64,000 nt of DNA from Nitrososphaeria archaeon (lineage in GTDB: Archaea; Thermoproteota; Nitrososphaeria; Geothermarchaeales; JDFR-13): contig JALWXN010000004.1 in the NCBI GenBank assembly GCA_027078545.1, positions 896,001 to 960,000 of the forward strand. The letters run 5' to 3'. Shown here in pieces: positions 49,928 to 59,326 of this stretch (position 1 is the stretch's first letter; each line of letters begins with the position of its first letter). A program made the position numbers and the translations under genes. The notes beneath the pieces were generated by a model. It saw only the letters and a list, made by a program, of their open reading frames with translations. It made no database searches and was not told where the DNA came from.

Positions 49928-50380
49928 CTATACTGGGATTATCGCTACATAGTGATACCCCTCAGGCTCCCTCTGCCTAACCTCGAGCCTCACCTCAATA
50001 TCCGGCTTCAGTGAGTCGAAATCACCCTCCACTAGGCCTAAGACCTTGAAGCCGTCGATCTCGGCTACGCCCACTATGTAGTCTGGGTAGTGGCTATGTG
50101 TCTTCGGCTTAACATTTATCTCAGTATATGTCACAAGCCTGCCCACCCCCTCTATCCTCCTCTCCTCCAGATCCCTAGAGCCGCAGCTCCTACATATGGG
50201 GCCGGGTGGGTACTGCCTATACCCACAGGCCCTACATATCTGTCCAAGTATTACGCCCTCCTCCAGCATCCTATAATACTTCTCCAGGCCGCCTAGTGAG
50301 CTCCTCAGGCTCAGTGGGAAGACCCTCTGATCCTCGAGGACCGGCATACCAGTCTTCTCATCCCTTGATATCCTACCCAT
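49928..50380 (-). CDS. DUF35 Zn-ribbon/OB-fold thiolase-associated protein
   Basis: CRACG..YPP..ICRSCGS, G.LVTYT; directly downstream of the thiolase. Confidence 0.9.
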   Translation of the reverse strand: MGRISRDEKTGMPVLEDQRVFPLSLRSSLGGLEKYYRMLEEGVILGQICRACGYRQYPPGPICRSCGSRDLEERRIEGVGRLVTYTEINVKPKTHSHYPDYIVGVAEIDGFKVLGLVEGDFDSLKPDIEVRLEVRQREPEGYHYVAIIPV

Positions 50381-50386
50381 AACGCC

Positions 50387-51550
50387 TCACCTCGATAGGA
50401 TCGATACATAGGCGTACTGCCCAACACCACCTATGTTGTGGGTCAGGCCTACACCCCTCCTTATAACGGCCTGCCTACCCCTCTCCGCTTCACCACGTAG
50501 CTGCTTAACAATCTCCACGTACATCGCCACTCCGGTGGCCCCGACTGGGTGGCCCTTCGCCTTCAAGCCGCCGTCGAGGTTGACCTGCACCTCTCCCCCC
50601 ACATATGTCTGCTCCTCCCTGATAAGCTCCACGCCACGCCCCCTATCGGCGAAGCCTAGATCCTCATAGGCCAGGATCTCCGCAATGGTGAAGCAGTCAT
50701 GGACAGTGGCCACGTCTATCTCCGCCCTGGGGTCCTCTATCCCCGCAGCCTTATATGCCTTCTCAGCCGCCCTCCTAGCAGACTCTATCGAGGTGTAGTC
50801 GGCCCTACCCGTCAGGCTGGCCGGCATCGATGAGTAGCCTATCCCCCTTATCCATATAGGGGTATCGACTCTTAGCTCCCTGATCGACTCCTCACTACTT
50901 ATGACCACCGCTGCTGAGCCGTCGGTGATCGGGCTACAGTCATAGAGCTTTATCGGCCTAGCTATATACCTACTCCCCATACACTCCTCGAGGCTTATCT
51001 CCCTCTGGTACTGGGCCTTAGGATTCCTGGCACCGTAGAAATGGTTCTTCACAGCCACTCGGCAGAAGTCCTCCTCCGTAGCCCCATACTCATGCATATA
51101 CCTCGTCATGAATAGGGCGTAGTAGCCTGGGAATGTTATGCCGTAGTCCCTAACCTCCCAGAAGTATGAGCCCAGCCTAGCTAGATACTCAACGGCACCC
51201 GGAGTCCCGAACTCATTCATCTTCTCCAGCCCAATGACGAGTACGTTCTTGGCGGCCCCACTCCTAACCATGTTGTAGGCGGTGTAGATCCCAGCACTAC
51301 CCGAGGCGCAGGCCGCCTCTACCCTATGAACAGCTATTGGGTTAAGCCCTAGATGCTCGATATAGACCCCTGCAGGGCTGAACTCTGGTGTGAAGCCCGT
51401 GCTCGTGAAGACGATATAGTCTATATCCTCAGGCGATACGTAGCCCTCGTCCCAGACCTCCCTCACAGCCTCCTCGACAAGCTCGAATATGTTGACGTCA
51501 GTCCTCCTACCGAAGCGTGACATGCCTATCGACGCTACTCCTACCCTCAT
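50387..51550 (-). CDS. Thiolase (SCP2/archaeal-type acetyl-CoA acyltransferase)
   Basis: VEAACASGS, KNH, DCSPITDGSAA, VHDCFT, GGLKAKGHPVGATG, HNIGG. Confidence 0.93.
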   Translation of the reverse strand: MRVGVASIGMSRFGRRTDVNIFELVEEAVREVWDEGYVSPEDIDYIVFTSTGFTPEFSPAGVYIEHLGLNPIAVHRVEAACASGSAGIYTAYNMVRSGAAKNVLVIGLEKMNEFGTPGAVEYLARLGSYFWEVRDYGITFPGYYALFMTRYMHEYGATEEDFCRVAVKNHFYGARNPKAQYQREISLEECMGSRYIARPIKLYDCSPITDGSAAVVISSEESIRELRVDTPIWIRGIGYSSMPASLTGRADYTSIESARRAAEKAYKAAGIEDPRAEIDVATVHDCFTIAEILAYEDLGFADRGRGVELIREEQTYVGGEVQVNLDGGLKAKGHPVGATGVAMYVEIVKQLRGEAERGRQAVIRRGVGLTHNIGGVGQYAYVSILSR

Positions 51551-51562
51551 CCCAATCCACAT

Positions 51563-51585
51563 GATTGTATAGGGGGTTTACAATC
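51563..51585. promoter_or_regulatory. Inverted repeat GATTGTA-N9-TACAATC upstream of the thiolase
   Basis: Perfect 7-bp arms at 51563-51569 and 51579-51585 in a short intergenic gap. Confidence 0.45.
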
Positions 51586-51592
51586 CATAAGT

Positions 51593-52027
51593 CTATACTG
51601 TGAATATCCCTCCATACCCCAGGTACGCCAGGCCTAGTAGGAGGAGTATACCCAGTAGGAAGCCCAGCCTCCTACCCGTGAGGAGCATAAGCCCCGAGGG
51701 GATATGTATAGCCCCCAGCAGGGGGAGAACCATGAACCATTCAACAGGCTCGAGGGGCATCAATAAGGTGTATATGATTGGGGTGGCCAGCAGTATTGAT
51801 CCGAGGATCTTGGCTAGGGCTCCGTCTCCACGTATCGATATGCTCCCAACCAGGATTAGGATCGACGAGAATAGGTATATGGCTCCTCCTATCAGGGCGA
51901 GTACTAGGAAGAGGCCTATGGCTCCAAGCCCACCCTTGAAGTCCGTCAGCTCCCTCAGGAGGTACCACCCAACTATAGATAGGAGCTCGCCGGAGAGTAT
52001 TAGGAGGATCCCTAAGCGACGCGACAC
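51593..52027 (-). CDS. Hypothetical membrane protein (about 5 TM)
   Basis: Almost entirely hydrophobic helices; co-oriented with neighbours. Confidence 0.7.
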   Translation of the reverse strand: MSRRLGILLILSGELLSIVGWYLLRELTDFKGGLGAIGLFLVLALIGGAIYLFSSILILVGSISIRGDGALAKILGSILLATPIIYTLLMPLEPVEWFMVLPLLGAIHIPSGLMLLTGRRLGFLLGILLLLGLAYLGYGGIFTV

Positions 52028-52063
52028 ACCTAGTAAATGGGTTGGGAGGGATAAATTAATGGG

Positions 52064-53293
52064 CTATCCCCTGATATACTCCCTCCCTATATAGTCCCTG
52101 GCGATGATGATCTTCATGATGTTCTGGCCGCCCTCAGCCCCTACGAGGTAGCTGAGTATACCTAGCCATCCACGGTATACGTTGGACTCCTTCATATAGC
52201 TATAGGCACCCATCCACTTCATAACCTCCTCATATATCCTGGCCGCAGCCTCAGGCCCCTTATACTTCGCCAGGGCGACTGGGATATTCAGGTCCTTAGG
52301 GTTTAGGGTAGGGTCGCCCTCACGGTATATCCTGTCAACCATCCAGGCAGCCCTGAGTGTGAAGAGCCTAGCCGCCTCCAGCTCGGCGTAGAGCTCTGAG
52401 AACCTCATGTATATCCCCTGGAATGAGGAGAGCCTCCGTCCATTGAAGAGCCTCCTATTACGTATCCACTCGACACCCTGGTCCAATGCCCACCTGGCAC
52501 TCCCTACACAGGCGGCTGCCACGAGGATCCTGGCTATGTTGAAGCCCTCCATCAGGATGTAGAAGCCCTTCCCCTCCTCACCAACCCTATACCTATCCTC
52601 GATGGGGAAGCCCTCGACCTTGAAGCCCCCTGTTGAGAGGCCGCCCCTACCAATCTCCTCGAATATCGTGTAGTCTATCTCGCCCAGGAGCTCACCATCC
52701 CTCCTGGGTAGGAAGGCGAAGGTCGTTATATTCCTATGCCCATAGTCGAGGCTCCCAGTCTTGGATACGAGGAGCCAACCACCACCATCGAGCTGCTCCA
52801 ACACCTCCCGGACACCGCTTATATAGATCTTCTCGCCACTCACCCTCCAAACACCATCACCCTTCTCGGCGAAGGTTTTTATACCAGCCACGTCGGAGCC
52901 TCCATGGGCCTCTGTAGAGGCTATCCCGAAGAAGTACTCGCCCCTCACTACCCTGGGCAGCACCTCGGCCTTCACATCGTCATTGGCATAGAGCTGTAGC
53001 AGGTATGGCCACCCATTGTTGAGGAGTACGTATACAGCTATAGCTACGGCCGGGTCGTGGTATGCGAGCTCCTCTATCGCTAGGGCCGTCCTGAGATATG
53101 TCTCCCCCAGGCCTCCATACTCCTCGGAGATCGGCATACCTAGGAGGCCCTGCTCCCCCATCCTCCTGATGAGGTCCGTGGGTATCACGCCCGACTCGTC
53201 GATCTCCACCCACCTAGGCTCTATATACTCCTTGGCAAACTCGGCTACATTCCTCTTGAAGAGCTCATCCTCCCTGGATAGGCTGAAGTCCAT
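52064..53293 (-). CDS. Acyl-CoA dehydrogenase
   Basis: STEAHGGSD, GEKIYISG, FNIARI, R.LF...SFQGI, GAYSY, GAEG. Start refined to ATG 53293. Confidence 0.93.
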   Translation of the reverse strand: MDFSLSREDELFKRNVAEFAKEYIEPRWVEIDESGVIPTDLIRRMGEQGLLGMPISEEYGGLGETYLRTALAIEELAYHDPAVAIAVYVLLNNGWPYLLQLYANDDVKAEVLPRVVRGEYFFGIASTEAHGGSDVAGIKTFAEKGDGVWRVSGEKIYISGVREVLEQLDGGGWLLVSKTGSLDYGHRNITTFAFLPRRDGELLGEIDYTIFEEIGRGGLSTGGFKVEGFPIEDRYRVGEEGKGFYILMEGFNIARILVAAACVGSARWALDQGVEWIRNRRLFNGRRLSSFQGIYMRFSELYAELEAARLFTLRAAWMVDRIYREGDPTLNPKDLNIPVALAKYKGPEAAARIYEEVMKWMGAYSYMKESNVYRGWLGILSYLVGAEGGQNIMKIIIARDYIGREYIRG

Positions 53294-53342
53294 CTCAGGA
53301 CACCTAGGTATTAGATCCCGGATCCCCGTATTTATTGCCGGC

Positions 53343-54233
53343 CTACTCCCCACGCCTCCTATATGGCATGCCCAGAGTCCTAGGCGCCCCGACCAGCCTC
53401 CTCAGCCTAGGTATGTGGAGCATGGTTAGGAAGATTATCGTCGCTATGTAGGGCGTGGTAGAGGCTAGGCGGGAGTCTATCGGGATGCCCAGAACCTGAA
53501 CCAGTATACCCGCCTGTGTCAATAATCCGAAGAGGTGTGACACGGGCAGAGCAAGTAGGGGGTTCCACAGGGAGGTTATCACCAGTGCAAGGGCTATCCA
53601 TCCCCTTCCACCGGATACGCCGAAGCTCCATACAGGGATTAGGGAGAGGGTGAGCTTGGCACCCGCCAAGCCTACTATGAAGCCACCAATAACTACAATG
53701 TAGAGCCTAAGCCTATAGACGTCGTAGCCCAGGTAGTCCAGCCCCTCAGGATTATCCCCGAGACCCCTGATGACTAGGCCGGTCTTCGTCCTACTCAGTA
53801 TGATGTATAGGGTCGGGGCTAGGAGATAGGCCAGTAGTGTCAGGATATCCAGCATCGGGAGGAGCTGTGGGAGCTTCTCAACCTCAATACCTGTGAACCC
53901 ACTACCCAGTGCACTGCTTAGGCCCAGGCCTATGAAGAGGACGGCCAGCCCACTCAGGACCTGGTCGCCCCGCAGGTATATGCTTAGGAAGCCATGGATA
54001 GATGCTAGGAGCGACCCTGCCAGGCCGGCTAGTAGGATGGCCAGGAGGTGGCTCCCAGTTGTGATGTAGACAGCGACCGCTGTGAGGGCGGATAGTGATA
54101 TGATCCCCTCGACGCCCAGGTTTAGTATACCCGCCCTCTCCTTCAACAGCTCCCCAAGCGACGCGAGCAGTAGTATGGTGGAGGAGTCTATAACTAGCTG
54201 GACTATAGCCTCCTGGCCAGCCATCCTATCCAC
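53343..54233 (-). CDS. Nucleoside/sugar (CUT2-type) ABC permease
   Basis: GELLKERAGILNLGVEG, GDQVLSG, GDNPE, GRGWIALA, PY. Confidence 0.9.
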   Translation of the reverse strand: MDRMAGQEAIVQLVIDSSTILLLASLGELLKERAGILNLGVEGIISLSALTAVAVYITTGSHLLAILLAGLAGSLLASIHGFLSIYLRGDQVLSGLAVLFIGLGLSSALGSGFTGIEVEKLPQLLPMLDILTLLAYLLAPTLYIILSRTKTGLVIRGLGDNPEGLDYLGYDVYRLRLYIVVIGGFIVGLAGAKLTLSLIPVWSFGVSGGRGWIALALVITSLWNPLLALPVSHLFGLLTQAGILVQVLGIPIDSRLASTTPYIATIIFLTMLHIPRLRRLVGAPRTLGMPYRRRGE

Positions 54234-55231
54234 CTCTCCAGGTACTGGGTAGAGACGAGCATAGCGAGGAGGAGGCCAGTCATCAGGTATGTAGCCTCCG
54301 TAGGGATGTCAGCCACTATGGCTAGGGTATAGGAGCCGTACAGGAAACCCGCAAAGAGTATAGACGCTATGGGGACTAGCAGGGGGTGGTTAGAGGCTAG
54401 TAGTGCTACTATAATAGCCGTGTATCCGAGGCCGGAGGAGAACCTCGGCATAAGCCTGTAGTAGCTCCCGAGGAAGTCGCCAGCACCCGCCAGGCCAGCC
54501 AGGAAGCCGCTTATGAAGAGGCCGCTCACTATGATCATCCTCCTGTCATATCCAGCATACTCAGCCGCCTCACGGTTAAGGCCGTAGACCCTCAATTTGA
54601 AGCCATACCTCGTGTGGAAGAGGAGGTGGTACAGCACAGGCGCCAGTAATAGCATGATAGCCAGGCCCCCCACGAACCCCCCTATCTCAGGAAGCCTATA
54701 GAGACTGGGTATCTCAGGCGTGACGGGGAACCCGGTCTGGGGATCCCTCCAGACACCGTAGACCACGTAGTAGAGGAGGTATAGAGCCACGTAGTTCAAC
54801 ATGAGGGTTGTGAGCACCTCGTTAACCCCTAGCCTCCACCTCAACACCCCTGGGAGAGCCGCGTATAGACCACCTATCAACGCACCCATTAGGAGGGGGA
54901 CTACAGGCCCTCCACCGTGGAGGCTAAGGATATATACTACATATCCAGCAGCCAGCCCTCCAAGGACATACTGCCCCTCGGCACCTATGTTCCAAAGACC
55001 CGCCCTGAAGACTATGGATAGGCCCAGCGATATTATCCCTAGGGCCGCCGCAAGCCTCATCGTCTCCCTCAGACCGTAGGGGTCTAGGAAGGCGTTCCTA
55101 AACATCTTGAGGTAGGCCTCAACAGGGTCTCCACCATATAGGATGATCACACCACTATAGGCGGCGACGGCTATAGATACTGCTAGTAGAGTGGCCAATC
55201 CCCTGTATAGCTGCATAGGGCTCAGCTCCAC
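54203..55231 (-). CDS. Nucleoside/sugar ABC permease
   Basis: FRAGLWNIGAEGQ, VNEVLTTLMLNY, GLNREAAEYAG, GLGYTAIIVALL. Confidence 0.9.
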   Translation of the reverse strand: MELSPMQLYRGLATLLAVSIAVAAYSGVIILYGGDPVEAYLKMFRNAFLDPYGLRETMRLAAALGIISLGLSIVFRAGLWNIGAEGQYVLGGLAAGYVVYILSLHGGGPVVPLLMGALIGGLYAALPGVLRWRLGVNEVLTTLMLNYVALYLLYYVVYGVWRDPQTGFPVTPEIPSLYRLPEIGGFVGGLAIMLLLAPVLYHLLFHTRYGFKLRVYGLNREAAEYAGYDRRMIIVSGLFISGFLAGLAGAGDFLGSYYRLMPRFSSGLGYTAIIVALLASNHPLLVPIASILFAGFLYGSYTLAIVADIPTEATYLMTGLLLAMLVSTQYLERWIGWLARRL

Positions 55232-56538
55232 CCGATCCCGGACATAAGCATCTTGAGACGGTCTACATCTGCCTTATCAGCGGGCACCGGCTCGGATACC
55301 CGGCCCCTATAGACTACAGAGACTAGACCCCCCAGCATAAGGGCCTCCTCAATATCCTCCGTGAAGTATATCACCTCACAGCCCCTCTCAACCGCCTCCC
55401 AAACCCTCCTATGTAGGAGGGCCATGCTCCTCATGTCAAGGCCCCTGGTTGGATACATGAGGACACACCTATCCTGGGAGAGCTCCACCTCCCTACCTAC
55501 TATGAACCTCTGCATATTCCCACCGGATAGACGGTCTATAGGGGTATAGATATCCTTGGCGACCACCTCATAAGACCTCACGATCCTAAGTGTAAACTCC
55601 TCATAATCCACATCCCTCTCGAGAACCCTGAACCTGACATTGTCCACCAGTGACATACCCGGTACCACAGCCCGGTAAGGATTGCCCGGCACATAGCCCG
55701 TGAAGCCCCTCGAACCCGATAGATACATGTTAGCCAGCTCCTCCTGACCATTACCCTCGATCCCCAGGTAGACCCTAAGCAGATCGGTCCCCCCACCACC
55801 ATGCCTGTCCCCAAGGAACTCCTCCCCCCTGAACATCAGTCTATAGAGCCTATCCACGTCATCAACACCACCTGTATAGGCTACCTGCCCATCCCTAAGG
55901 ACGGTGACCCTGTCACATATCTCGACGACCTCGTCCAGCCTATGGGATATAAATATGAAGGAGAATCCAGCACCCCTGAGAGCCCTTAGAAGCCGGGCCA
56001 GGTCCTCCACCTCGACGGGCGACATGACGGAGGTGGGCTCATCAAGTATAACTATCCTGGCGCCGGTGGATAGAGCCCTCAGTACCTCTATCTTCTTAAC
56101 CATACCCCTCTCAAGCCTCTCTACAGGCGTCTCCAGGTCTACCTCCAGACCCAGCTCATCAACTATCCTGTGGACCCTCTCCACAGCCCCTTTTCCATTG
56201 GATAGGCGTATATTCTCGATCCCTGTGAGGCTGGGTATCAATACGTTGTGCTGTGGAACCATGAATATCCCGTGTCTCCGGGCGTCCTGGGGACTCGATA
56301 TCCGTGTCTTGACACCCCTTATAGATATCTCGCCGGCCGAGGGCCTCACCACGCCGTAGAGTACATGGACGAAGCTCGTCTTACCAGCCCCATTCTCACC
56401 GACCAGGCCGTGTATCTCCCCCTCGTAGAGGGTTAGGGATACCCCCTTATTCGCAACCGTCCCGTCGCTATAGACCACCCAGATATTCCTAGCCTCTAGG
56501 AGTGGGCTACTCCTCCCCTGGGAGGTCACCCACCACAC
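55222..56538 (-). CDS. Nucleoside/sugar ABC ATPase with shortened second NBD
   Basis: GENGAGKT, ILDEPT, FISH; second half GNGQEEL, LSGGNMQR, PTRGLD but only 438 aa. Confidence 0.88.
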   Translation of the reverse strand: MWWVTSQGRSSPLLEARNIWVVYSDGTVANKGVSLTLYEGEIHGLVGENGAGKTSFVHVLYGVVRPSAGEISIRGVKTRISSPQDARRHGIFMVPQHNVLIPSLTGIENIRLSNGKGAVERVHRIVDELGLEVDLETPVERLERGMVKKIEVLRALSTGARIVILDEPTSVMSPVEVEDLARLLRALRGAGFSFIFISHRLDEVVEICDRVTVLRDGQVAYTGGVDDVDRLYRLMFRGEEFLGDRHGGGGTDLLRVYLGIEGNGQEELANMYLSGSRGFTGYVPGNPYRAVVPGMSLVDNVRFRVLERDVDYEEFTLRIVRSYEVVAKDIYTPIDRLSGGNMQRFIVGREVELSQDRCVLMYPTRGLDMRSMALLHRRVWEAVERGCEVIYFTEDIEEALMLGGLVSVVYRGRVSEPVPADKADVDRLKMLMSGIGWS

Positions 56539-57646
56539 CCTCTAGGAACCACTTCATACTGAGCAGCTCAGACTTGGTCAGCTGCCTACCAGGCTCCGCC
56601 CTAACCCTTCCACGCCTATCGACTAGGGGGCCTGTGAAGGGTTCATAGCTATTCTCAGCCATCAACTCCCTAATCCTCATTATCTCCTCCCTTACATCCT
56701 CGGGGACCACGTCCGATATAGGGGAGATCTCTACAGCCCCCTCGTAGAAGCCCCACCAATAGTCCTTACTCTCCCAGACACCTGTGTATGCCCTTATAAG
56801 TACATCCTCATAGATCACACCCCAGTTAGCCAGGTGACCAGTCAGGTGGGCGTTGGGGCCATACTTAGACATGTCGCTATAGTGGCTGAAGCTATAGACA
56901 CCATTCTCCTCAGCCACCTGGAGAACGGTGGGCGTATCCTCGGTGAAGGCTAGGACGTCGCAGCCAATGCCTATCAACTGCTCAGCAGCTGCACGGGCGG
57001 CCTCTGGGTTGAACCATGCGTTTATCCATATCACATGGGTCTCAACATCGGGGTTCACCCTCCTAGCCCCGAGGTGGAAGGCGTTGATATGCCTTATGAC
57101 CTCAGGGATCGGGTGGGCAGCCACATATCCAAGCTTGTTAGACTCGGTAACGGCACCTGCAGCCATACCGTTGAGGTAGAAGGGCTGATACATACGTATG
57201 AAGTATGTACCCACATTCTCCCTCCTCTTGAAGCCGGAGCAGTGCATGAATATCCTGTCGGGATACCGCCTACCAGCCTCTATAGTGTCGTCCATGTAGC
57301 CGAAGCTGGTCGTGAATATGACCTCATACCCCTCATTGACTAGCTGGGTAATCACGGGTAGAGACTCATTCTCAGGCACAGACTCCACATACTCCGTCTC
57401 GAGGAAGTCCAGCCTCTCAGCCACATATCGCCTACCAAGGTCATGTGCATATGTCCAGCCGAAGTCCTCGACATTGGAGATGTATATCCAGGCGGCCCTA
57501 AGAACATCCCTCTCTCCGCCAGGGGTGGCAGCCTCCTGAGCATCCCCACCAGCGGATAGCCTACCCGCCAGGAAGCCACCGGCTAGGCCTGCAACACCAG
57601 CCCCAAACACCTTAACGAACTCACGCCTATCGCTCATGTTTGACAC
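56507..57646 (-). CDS. BMP-family (purine nucleoside) ABC substrate-binding protein with Tat signal
   Basis: DRREFVK twin-arginine leader; DFGWTYAHDLGR, TSFGY, PIPEVIRHINAF, WFNP. Confidence 0.92.
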   Translation of the reverse strand: MSNMSDRREFVKVFGAGVAGLAGGFLAGRLSAGGDAQEAATPGGERDVLRAAWIYISNVEDFGWTYAHDLGRRYVAERLDFLETEYVESVPENESLPVITQLVNEGYEVIFTTSFGYMDDTIEAGRRYPDRIFMHCSGFKRRENVGTYFIRMYQPFYLNGMAAGAVTESNKLGYVAAHPIPEVIRHINAFHLGARRVNPDVETHVIWINAWFNPEAARAAAEQLIGIGCDVLAFTEDTPTVLQVAEENGVYSFSHYSDMSKYGPNAHLTGHLANWGVIYEDVLIRAYTGVWESKDYWWGFYEGAVEISPISDVVPEDVREEIMRIRELMAENSYEPFTGPLVDRRGRVRAEPGRQLTKSELLSMKWFLEGVVGDLPGEE

Positions 57647-57656
57647 CTTGACAAAA

Positions 57657-57669
57657 ATGTTTAAAACAT
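57657..57669. promoter_or_regulatory. Palindromic operator candidate ATGTTT-A-AAACAT in the divergent BMP/regulator promoter
   Basis: Perfect palindrome in an AT-rich intergenic region; related TGTTTAAAA at about 57796. Confidence 0.5.
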
Positions 57670-57803
57670 GGGACTTGAATAAAAATAAATTTTAAGTGTT
57701 TATGTAAAGTATGGCATATAAGGGGTCAAGGGTTTAACGATATGCTTAAATAATGTGGGGTGGATTATTTAGAGAGACCAGCGAATTTAAAGGGTTGTTT
57801 AAA

Positions 57804-58535
57804 ATGAAGATGAAGTATGGATACATTGTCAAGACGATGTATTTCAGGGAGCTCCTGAGGCAGGCCAAGAAGCTCTATAGCTGGGAGCAGATAAGGGAGA
57901 GGACTGGGATAGCCCCCTCCACACTCAGCAGGTATCTACATGGCAGGATAATCCCGAGTCCCGAGAGGCTCGACAGCCTGATAACAATCCTCGAGGAGAT
58001 GGTGGATATTAGGGAGCTTATACTAAACTACCTCGCCACGGATAGGTATGGATACCTCAACAACCAGAGGATCATAAGCGACATAGGACTCCTCAAGTTC
58101 ATAGCCATCAAGACCAGCGTGAAGTATGGAGGCACACCCGACGTCGTCCTGAGCCCCGCCACGGACGGGGTTCCATACGCAACCCTAGTGGCGGAGTATC
58201 TAGGGACACCACTGGTTATAGCTAAGGATAGGAAGGAGGTGGGTGTCCAGAGGCATATCGAGGCATCAGTGATAAACGAGGATGGGAGTGTGAGGACGCT
58301 CTACATAGCCCGTGGCCTCATAAACAAGAACTATAGGGTCCTGATAGTTGATGACGTGATAAGGACTGGGGAGACCCATAGGGCGTTGCTACAACTGGTG
58401 AAGAAGGCTGGTGCAATACCCATAGGGATCCACGTCATAGTAGCGGTTGGCGAGAGGTGGAGGAGCCTGGTGGAGGAGCATGGCGTGGAGGTGGATGCTA
58501 TCGTCCAGATAGGTTCGCGGCTCGGACAAGGCTGA
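57804..58535 (+). CDS. HTH + phosphoribosyltransferase-domain regulator (PurR-like)
   Basis: TGIAPSTLSRY..G...P HTH; ATDGVPYA, VLIVDDVIRTGET PRPP-binding loop; divergent from the nucleoside ABC operon. Confidence 0.85.
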   Translation: MKMKYGYIVKTMYFRELLRQAKKLYSWEQIRERTGIAPSTLSRYLHGRIIPSPERLDSLITILEEMVDIRELILNYLATDRYGYLNNQRIISDIGLLKFIAIKTSVKYGGTPDVVLSPATDGVPYATLVAEYLGTPLVIAKDRKEVGVQRHIEASVINEDGSVRTLYIARGLINKNYRVLIVDDVIRTGETHRALLQLVKKAGAIPIGIHVIVAVGERWRSLVEEHGVEVDAIVQIGSRLGQG

Positions 58536-58586
58536 ATACGTCATCCCCCGGGGTAGGTCAGCTCCGGGTAGTGTCGTCATAGCCAC
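58517..58586 (-). ncRNA. C/D-box sRNA (dual guide) predicted to target 16S rRNA
   Basis: GUGGCU-[C AUGACGA]-CACUACCCGGAG-[D' CUGA]-spacer-[C' AUGACG]-UAUUCAGCCUUGU-[D CCGA]-GCCGC with a terminal stem; guides complementary to conserved archaeal 16S CCGGGUAGU and CAAGGCUGAA. Confidence 0.8.
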
Positions 58587-58717
58587 TCATCAATATTTAC
58601 AGATCATCCTGATAAGGCTTCTACTCATTTCTGATACTGAATATAGATACGCCGGGTCGATACATGCATAGCTTGGTCCACCGTTAAATCCCTTCTACGC
58701 CCTACTATCTCTATGCG

Positions 58718-59326
58718 ATGAGGAGGAGTAAGTATATCGCCCTCACCTCAGTCTTCGGTGGACTCGCAATCCTAACATCTATATCCGGCCTATCCAGGGT
58801 ATTGGTCTACCCACTAGTCCCATACCTGAAGTTCGATCCGGCCGAGATCTTCATAGTAATAGCATACCTGATAGGGGGTCTACACGTAGGGCTCACCACA
58901 TCGCTTATACACCTGGCCGGACTGATGCTCCTGGCTGACGAGCCTATAGGCCCGGTTATGAAGTTCCTAGCCGTCGCCTCGATGCTCCTAGGGCTGGAGA
59001 TAAGCGGTAGGCTCGGCCTGGACAGGCTGAAGAGATACGTATTGACGACGGGGCTCAGGGTCTCCGTGATGACCCTTGTCAACGCTGTGGTCCTATACTT
59101 CCTATTCCCAGGCTTCCTAGAGTTCTTCAATGGATACGTCTCCAGCCTTGGGCTCGAGGGGGCGCTCGCCGCGCTATTCCTAGCTTTGATACTCACAGGG
59201 GTCTATAACGCCATCCATACAGTCTTCACCCTCCTACCCTCCGAGGCTGTGGTTGCCAAGATACTCCCCATCATATCTCCTGTATCACCCTTACGACATC
59301 GAGGCGACGAGCCTTTAGATAGTTGA
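58718..59326 (+). CDS. ECF transporter S-component (RibU/PanT-like)
   Basis: PYLKFDPAEI motif, about 6 TM, PIG. Confidence 0.8.
   Translation: MRRSKYIALTSVFGGLAILTSISGLSRVLVYPLVPYLKFDPAEIFIVIAYLIGGLHVGLTTSLIHLAGLMLLADEPIGPVMKFLAVASMLLGLEISGRLGLDRLKRYVLTTGLRVSVMTLVNAVVLYFLFPGFLEFFNGYVSSLGLEGALAALFLALILTGVYNAIHTVFTLLPSEAVVAKILPIISPVSPLRHRGDEPLDS

Noticed and set aside
58536-58717. FMN riboswitch or tRNA fragment upstream of the ECF S-component
   Set aside because: RFN consensus blocks and tRNA arms are missing; the structured part is better explained by the minus-strand C/D-box sRNA
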